From positions 7,632 through 71,631 of the forward strand of contig JAHILF010000031.1 of the NCBI GenBank assembly GCA_018897105.1: a DNA stretch of 64,000 nt, given 5' to 3'. Positions 58,080 to 64,000 of this stretch are shown one piece after another. The notes under the pieces were generated by a model, which was not told where the DNA came from, did no database searches, and worked only from the letters and a program-made list of their open reading frames with translations. This DNA is from Pseudomonadota bacterium. Lineage in GTDB: Bacteria; Desulfobacterota; Desulfobulbia; Desulfobulbales; SURF-16. Positions within the stretch are counted from its first letter, which is position 1; each line of letters opens with the position of its first letter. Position numbers and translations under genes: made by a program.

Positions 58080-59336
58080 ATGAAAAAATTAATAGCTGAA
58101 GGCTTCCAGCCCATCGATACACTCATAAAGCCAAACACCAACAATCCTTGGTCCTGGAAAGATAAACTGTTTCTCGGGTTAAGTCCAAAGGATTACATGA
58201 AGCAACTTTTTCGTAATCCCTTCAACTGGATACTTGCCATCATTTATGCAGTCGGAATTCCGATCCTTGTCGGACGTTTCATATTCGGCCTCGGCTGGGC
58301 TACCCATGGTTCCTACGATTATCCCTGGGGGCTTTTTCTTGGCTGGGGTCTATTTGTCATGGTTCCCTTATCAGCTTCCGGGTTTATGATGGGAACCACG
58401 GTCGAACTCTTCGGCAGAAAGGATTTCAAGCCGATTGAACGTCTCGGTCTGTTAAACGGACTGCTTGGCTACTTCTTCGCTGTTGTCTTTCTCCAGGTCG
58501 ACCTCGGCCAACCATGGCGTCTGGTTTACCCAATGTTTGTTTCACTCGGGCCTGCAGCGGTTCTCTTTCTGGTGGCCTGGCATGTTGCTACCTATCTCTC
58601 CGTGCAGATTGCCGAATTAGTGCCGGCAACCAGCGAGTTAATGGGATGGGTAAAGCCCAAAAAATTCATCAAAAGCATCGTATTGGGACTGACCATCGCA
58701 GGTATCATACTTTCTACTCTGCATCAGGGCGCTTTGGGTGCACTCTTTACCTATGCGCCCGGCAAGGTCCACCCCCTCTGGTATTCGGCTGCCTTCCAAT
58801 GGTTCCATTTTTTCTGCTCTTCCATATTCGGCGGCCTTTCCATGCTGATTGTTGTCAGCACCCTCAGCAAATGGTTCTTGCAATGGCGATGCGATGCCAA
58901 TTTCAGCAAAAATCTCGACAAGATCACCTTGGGGATAGCCAAGGGTTGTTCTATGGCCCTCATCACCTATCTTGTTATCAAATTGGTTGCACTTGCCCAT
59001 GATAATGAGTGGGGATATCTCCTTACAAGTTGGGGGCAGTTGTATATTTTTGAAATTATAGCGGGTTCCATCGTGCCACTCGTCTTCTTTACCATGGCTA
59101 TCCGGACGGGCAGAGCAGGACTCGCACGTTTCGCCGCCTTTATTGCTGTATTCGGCATCGCTTTAAACAGGTTGAACACGGCCTTGATAGCCTTTAACTG
59201 GCATCTATATCAGGAAATTCCTCACTGGCGAGAGTTTGTTATCGCCATAATGGTTTATGCCACATATATCGTAGTTTACCGGGCAGTGCTGTATCGTCTG
59301 CCAATTCTTTATACGTGGCAGGGGGATTCCAAATAA
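58080..59336 (+). CDS. NrfD/PsrC-family membrane subunit (HmcC/HybB-like)
   Basis: About 10 TMs, YPWG, DLGQPWR, LSTLHQGALG, HPLW and NRLN. Confidence 0.92.
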   Translation: MKKLIAEGFQPIDTLIKPNTNNPWSWKDKLFLGLSPKDYMKQLFRNPFNWILAIIYAVGIPILVGRFIFGLGWATHGSYDYPWGLFLGWGLFVMVPLSASGFMMGTTVELFGRKDFKPIERLGLLNGLLGYFFAVVFLQVDLGQPWRLVYPMFVSLGPAAVLFLVAWHVATYLSVQIAELVPATSELMGWVKPKKFIKSIVLGLTIAGIILSTLHQGALGALFTYAPGKVHPLWYSAAFQWFHFFCSSIFGGLSMLIVVSTLSKWFLQWRCDANFSKNLDKITLGIAKGCSMALITYLVIKLVALAHDNEWGYLLTSWGQLYIFEIIAGSIVPLVFFTMAIRTGRAGLARFAAFIAVFGIALNRLNTALIAFNWHLYQEIPHWREFVIAIMVYATYIVVYRAVLYRLPILYTWQGDSK

Positions 59337-59368
59337 ACACCATTCCCTCTTAACGTTAATTATTAAAG

Positions 59369-59394
59369 GCAGGGGAGCCTCATGTCTCCCCTGC
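59369..59394 (+). terminator. Stem-loop after the NrfD-like gene
   Basis: GCAGGGGAG/CTCCCCTGC 9-bp stem. Confidence 0.55.
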
Positions 59395-59410
59395 TATCTC
59401 AAGGCTGACA

Positions 59411-61270
59411 ATGATTCTACCGCTCAAATCGACCATCTACACTATTTACCTGGCAGTCTTCGCCGCCTTGGTAATCCTGCTCAGCCAGGGAGTCCGTCAA
59501 TACCAGCTCTATCACCAACATGAAGCCATTATCTCCCAGACCGAAAGTCTTATTTTTCAATTTTCCATTATCCGCGAACACGTGTCTGAGGCCCTTCTGG
59601 AGGATGGTCAGCAATCGAAACTTTCCGGCATTTCAACGGAAATGGAAAAACTTAACAGCAATCTGACAGCCATTCTGAGCGAAAAAAACATTGGAGATGA
59701 ATATAAACTGCCTTTTTTAAACAGCATTGATCTGCCCGGAATTATCCTTCTACTGCGAAAAATTGAATCAGGAGCAGGGGAGATTGAAAACAAGCGCAAT
59801 CTAAATAGCGAAATGCGCACTCTGGGAGAAAGGCTCCTCCTCTTTGACCGGGTACTGGTAAATAACTCCAAAAAAAAGTTGATAGGCTTTCAGAATATCA
59901 TCATCGGCTCTACTACCTTTGTCGTCTTTTTGCTGGTGACGGTGCTAACCCTTTTTCATCGCCAACTGATTGTACCTTTGCTGCAACTTATTAACAAAAG
60001 TAGTGAGGCAGCTTCCGGGCAGAACACCAGCATTCAGGTGAATAGCCCATCCAAAGAATTAACTAATCTTACCGGTTCTATTGACGACCTGCTGGAACAA
60101 CGCAGTGTTTTGCAGCTGCAACTGCAAAACTATCGTCAAACCTTTTTAGAACTTGTCACTTCGCTGAGAGGTTTTTTCGTCGTCATTTCTCGTGAAGGCA
60201 AAATTATTGAAATCAGCAGCAATATTGCAGAAAAATGCGGCTTCACTCCAGCAGAATTGACTGGCCGACAATGGCGTGATTTTTTCATCATGCCGCCCAA
60301 TAAAGCTGACTCCAAGTTTCCCGACGCCCAATTTCTTGAGGACCCCTCCACCACATGCCAAACTTTTCATATGTCACTTGTGACAATAGACCAAAGCCCT
60401 TCTTCTCACATTCGTTGCAGCTTCATCAAATATCCCGCGGAGGGAAACAGCGAATCGTATCATATCTACTGCCTGGGGATTGATCTGTCCGAAGAGCAGG
60501 CTAAGATAGATGAACTGGAACAATGCCTTGCTGCTGAGATAAATAAAAAGGCGGAAATGGTACGTGTTTCGCACCTGGCCATACTTGGAGAGCTGTCGAC
60601 AGGAATTGCGCATGAAGTCAGCAATCTCAGCAACGGGATCATTAATTATGCCCAGGTCCTTGCCGATGCAGCATGTGATCCTGACTTTGAAATTGAACGG
60701 GACAAACTTTTTAATAAGATTATTGTCGAGGGAGAAAAAATAGCGGGTCTGGCCAAAAACCTGCTCGCCTATGGGCAGGATGATGCGCAGTCAAAAGAAC
60801 TTGCACCGATTGAAGATGTTTTGCAGAATTCACTCAATCTCATGAATCACTATTTCAGGATCGATGGGGCCACCGTTGAAACAAACTTCAATGCCACCAT
60901 GCCTTACAGAACCAATGGGCGCCAGATGCAGCAGGTCTTTCTCAATATACTTAACAATGCCCGTCGAGCACTCAACGAACGCTATCCGCAAAAGGATGAG
61001 AATAAAATAATCAAGATCAGCACCAATGAATTTGAAAAAAACGGGAAAAAGATGATCCGCCTGATCTTTACCGATTTTGGCATCGGAATATCAGGTGAGA
61101 ATTTAAAAAAGGTTTTTGAACCTTCATTTTCAACGAAACCTGCTTCAGAGGGAATTGGTTTGGGGCTTACAGTGAGCCGCGAACTGATTGCCCAGCACCA
61201 TGGAGAAATCTATCTGGAAAGCCAGCCCAATGACCATACTACCGTGACCGTAGAGCTTCCGCTAATTTAA
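59411..61270 (+). CDS. Membrane histidine kinase (two TMs, HAMP, PAS)
   Basis: AHEVSNLSNGIINYAQ, QVFLNILNNA, DFGIG and GIGLGL. Confidence 0.92.
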   Translation: MILPLKSTIYTIYLAVFAALVILLSQGVRQYQLYHQHEAIISQTESLIFQFSIIREHVSEALLEDGQQSKLSGISTEMEKLNSNLTAILSEKNIGDEYKLPFLNSIDLPGIILLLRKIESGAGEIENKRNLNSEMRTLGERLLLFDRVLVNNSKKKLIGFQNIIIGSTTFVVFLLVTVLTLFHRQLIVPLLQLINKSSEAASGQNTSIQVNSPSKELTNLTGSIDDLLEQRSVLQLQLQNYRQTFLELVTSLRGFFVVISREGKIIEISSNIAEKCGFTPAELTGRQWRDFFIMPPNKADSKFPDAQFLEDPSTTCQTFHMSLVTIDQSPSSHIRCSFIKYPAEGNSESYHIYCLGIDLSEEQAKIDELEQCLAAEINKKAEMVRVSHLAILGELSTGIAHEVSNLSNGIINYAQVLADAACDPDFEIERDKLFNKIIVEGEKIAGLAKNLLAYGQDDAQSKELAPIEDVLQNSLNLMNHYFRIDGATVETNFNATMPYRTNGRQMQQVFLNILNNARRALNERYPQKDENKIIKISTNEFEKNGKKMIRLIFTDFGIGISGENLKKVFEPSFSTKPASEGIGLGLTVSRELIAQHHGEIYLESQPNDHTTVTVELPLI

Positions 61271-62708
61271 CCACGACCAATGTATCCGTGGCGGCATCAA
61301 GTTCGATCCAACCTGTTACCTTGTTTGACGAAAGATCAATTACGGAAACGCCACCTTTATATTCATCACCCACATATAGCCACTGCCGAGTGAGTGAGAC
61401 ATCCATTTCAAAGGGCATACCGCCAATTTGGATCCCCCGGGAAGCATTGAGCTGACCGGGGCTCAGCACTGAAACAGTACCTGATCCGTAATTCGAAATA
61501 TAAATATGGCTGTTGCCAAATACAAGCCGTCTCGGTTTGATGCCTACATTAATACGAAACTTGTCCCTGCCACCGGGAAGTTCAAAAACCGACACAGAAT
61601 TACTGGAACTTTCTGCCACATAGAGATAGTTATCCCGCTCCAGCAGACCATCAGGTGTTCCACCTGTATTAACCGTATTGACTATCGCCAAGGAAGTTGC
61701 ATCCAGGAAATATACCTTCTGGGCATAGGCACAGGAAATCGCAAGAAGATTCTGATCCTCAAGGTAGAGCATATATTTGGGTCGTGAGCCAATGCGGATC
61801 TGTCCGTCAACAGTACCTGTTTGCAGATCGAGACGGAGCAGATTGTTGCCCATCTCATCAAGCAGGTAGGCCTTCTTTCCATCCGCACTAACCGTCATGT
61901 AGGTAGCTTTTATCGAAAGAGGAATCCTGATTTGATCGATCAGTCTGTTTGAGGTTAGCTCAAAAATCTTAACGGCAGAGTCCTTGGGGGCAAGTACGTA
62001 AAGTCGATTTGCTGCCAGATTTGCGACAATAGTGGTCGGCTTACCGCTGATGCCAATGGAACCGCATACCATATTCAAATCGGTTCTGATAATGTAAATG
62101 GTATCAAGTAATGGACAGGAGACATAAGCCAGATCTGTCACAAGGGGAATACTCTGCAGGTTAATACTCATATTGGGCTGGAGGAGGGCTGTCCCCTGCA
62201 TGGAACCAGCAGTATCCCATGTCAGGAAAAGAGATGTACTGTCTCCTTTAGCAAGGTGGAGTTCCGCGGGAAAATTGATTTCAACAACCGGATTATCCAC
62301 CGACAGAAAAATCATTTCCCCGTTACGATCGAGGGCAGCCTTTTCAACTGTAAATCTGATATTCTGATATTGGCCGGCCGGAACCCCTCCTCTGGCGGCA
62401 AGAATCTGCCCGTTGGAGCGCACCTCCTGACGATGAATTTCCTCCCTGGTTGCCCTGATAGGGAACCACGTATTGTAGGACCCAACCTCAAGATTACTGA
62501 TTTTCATCCACAGATTGGGACCTTCAGGCTCTTTCAAGCGCAAAAAGACAGATAGCCTTGCATCACCGCTGCTTTCCTGAAGAGCCGCATGTGATAAGGA
62601 ATCGCCACCAACCGCCCCACCCTGCTGACAACCGGCAAGAAAAAAAATTCCACAAAACAGAAAAAGCAAATGCGAGACGATATTTACCCCACTCAAACGA
62701 GCTCTCAT
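61239..62708 (-). CDS. YncE/YVTN-type beta-propeller lipoprotein with N-terminal beta-rich domain
   Basis: Lipobox FLAGC; repeats LYVA.SSSNSVSV and IYISNYGSGTVSV; overlaps the convergent kinase by 32 bp. Confidence 0.85.
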   Translation of the reverse strand: MRARLSGVNIVSHLLFLFCGIFFLAGCQQGGAVGGDSLSHAALQESSGDARLSVFLRLKEPEGPNLWMKISNLEVGSYNTWFPIRATREEIHRQEVRSNGQILAARGGVPAGQYQNIRFTVEKAALDRNGEMIFLSVDNPVVEINFPAELHLAKGDSTSLFLTWDTAGSMQGTALLQPNMSINLQSIPLVTDLAYVSCPLLDTIYIIRTDLNMVCGSIGISGKPTTIVANLAANRLYVLAPKDSAVKIFELTSNRLIDQIRIPLSIKATYMTVSADGKKAYLLDEMGNNLLRLDLQTGTVDGQIRIGSRPKYMLYLEDQNLLAISCAYAQKVYFLDATSLAIVNTVNTGGTPDGLLERDNYLYVAESSSNSVSVFELPGGRDKFRINVGIKPRRLVFGNSHIYISNYGSGTVSVLSPGQLNASRGIQIGGMPFEMDVSLTRQWLYVGDEYKGGVSVIDLSSNKVTGWIELDAATDTLVVVKLAEALRSR

Positions 62709-62744
62709 AATTATAAACCTGTTTTTTAAAATCGATAAAACCGA

Positions 62745-63833
62745 TCAATCTTTGGTCGTATGGCAAACAGCACAACCGTTATAGCCGCCGCCTGGCCACG
62801 ATTTATAATCCCACCTCAATATGGCCTGATACTGCGTACCATGGGCTCGATGACATGAAAGGCACATGACAATAGCATCATCAGGAGCGGTATATATGGT
62901 GCTGTTGATTATCTCTGTTTTACTTGCTGTTGCAACCGGAGAAATGACGCTGTAGACATTATTGGAGCCTGATCCCCCGTTATATGCCGCATATTCATCC
63001 GTCGAAGCGGCCCTGCCCATATCAAAATCGGTGGGATGCCTCAACCAGACTCCGGCACCAAATGTGCCAGAAGTAATCTTGCCCGAGCCTTGATGAAAGT
63101 CACCATGGCACTTGGCACAAAGACTACTGATGGTGCTGTTATCGTTTTGCGTCTCCGAGGTTCTGTCAATTCCGTAATATTTGTTATGGCGGTTGCTTGC
63201 AGGACGATACTCATATTGCTGATCCTCCCATCCCTGCACGGAGTAGAGAAAGCGATAACTGTTCGCCAATGTCGACCCGTCCTTCCACATGGTCATATCA
63301 TTTGCATGATGGGACTTCATCATGGAGTTGATTTCACCGCTTACCGTACGGTCACCATGACAGCCACTGGTTCCGGCGCACGTGAGTTGCGTGCCTAAAT
63401 CAACGCCACCGGGAGGTACATTGCCTAATCGAGTGTCTGAAGTTGCAATACCATTCACATTATGGCCGGTTGCATTCTGTCCGCTACTCACCCAGTAAAA
63501 ATTTCCACCAGCCAGAGTAGTGGTGTTACCCTCCGTACCTGTGATACTGTATTCAGGAGGATTAGTTTGCAGAACATAAGGCGTGGTAAGAGTGCCGACA
63601 CTATTATTTCCCTGATGACAGCCAATACAGTTGGTATTGAGCAAGGCTTCATTAGGTGTTAATGATAAATCCAAAGATCCATTTATCATATTCTGCGCAA
63701 CAGCGTTGCCTCCCTGGCTGTTGTGCATGGTATGACAATTGCCACATTGACCCGTAACCTTGGCATAGCAAACAAGCGGAAACAGGATCAAAGGCAGCGT
63801 AACCAGCCCCTTGAGACCTTTTGTTGTCTTCAT
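62745..63833 (-). CDS. OmcS-like hexaheme cytochrome c
   Basis: Signal peptide; CGNCHTMHNS, CIGCH, GGNF.W, GHNV, CAGTSGCH, YRFL, CAKCH, RHP, CLSCHRAH and CAVCHTTKD. Confidence 0.88.
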   Translation of the reverse strand: MKTTKGLKGLVTLPLILFPLVCYAKVTGQCGNCHTMHNSQGGNAVAQNMINGSLDLSLTPNEALLNTNCIGCHQGNNSVGTLTTPYVLQTNPPEYSITGTEGNTTTLAGGNFYWVSSGQNATGHNVNGIATSDTRLGNVPPGGVDLGTQLTCAGTSGCHGDRTVSGEINSMMKSHHANDMTMWKDGSTLANSYRFLYSVQGWEDQQYEYRPASNRHNKYYGIDRTSETQNDNSTISSLCAKCHGDFHQGSGKITSGTFGAGVWLRHPTDFDMGRAASTDEYAAYNGGSGSNNVYSVISPVATASKTEIINSTIYTAPDDAIVMCLSCHRAHGTQYQAILRWDYKSWPGGGYNGCAVCHTTKD

Positions 63834-63845
63834 GGTCACCCCTTT

Positions 63846-64000
63846 TTAACGGCCAAATACTTCTACCCGGCCATTACCCTCTTCTACAACACAAAGACCT
63901 CCCCACGGGTCAAATAATATCTCGATCGGGAAATAAAGCTCTCCTCGCGACCAACCCTTGGTAAGAAAGGTATATTTGAAGCTTCCCTCTGTGTCAAAAA
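63846..64000 (-). CDS. NHL-repeat protein, C-terminal end (starts outside the window)
   Basis: Translated by hand: FDTEGSFKYTFLTKGWSRGELYFPIEILFDPWGGLCVVEEGNGRVEVFGR*. Confidence 0.8.
   Translation of the reverse strand, partial: FDTEGSFKYTFLTKGWSRGELYFPIEILFDPWGGLCVVEEGNGRVEVFGR

Overview
Bacterial chromosomal window, most consistent with a Desulfobacterota (Desulfobulbales-like) genome; the taxon is inferred from gene content. Left to right: (1) an accessory region with a RAYT/HUH transposase bounded by perfect 19-bp inverted repeats that abuts a 5'-truncated TIGR01777 epimerase, a P-type ATPase, an AI-2E transporter and LPS-core genes gmhB/waaF; (2) the conserved rpsB-tsf-pyrH-frr-uppS-cdsA-dxr-rseP-tsaB operon; (3) a SWIM-SNF2 helicase and a UvrD-like helicase among several MITE/REP-like repeats; (4) a chromosomal integron with intI, attI, two complete attC sites, one attC broken by an IS256 element and a decaying tail ending in a Phd/RelE toxin-antitoxin pair. 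One cassette has a non-canonical GAT/ATC recombination core and carries a trypsin-like protease plus an unknown protein with a hydrophobic C-terminus, a candidate defence module; (5) redox and envelope accessory genes; (6) a signalling and electron-transfer island with two sigma54 activators, three related histidine kinases, an output-less CHASE4 sensor, FtsH, a sigma54-driven pentaheme c3-type cytochrome/HmcB-like/NrfD-like operon, and the end of a convergent operon encoding an NHL propeller, an OmcS-like hexaheme cytochrome and a YncE-type lipoprotein. No rRNA, tRNA or CRISPR array was seen. All calls come from reading the sequence by eye; no database searches were run.
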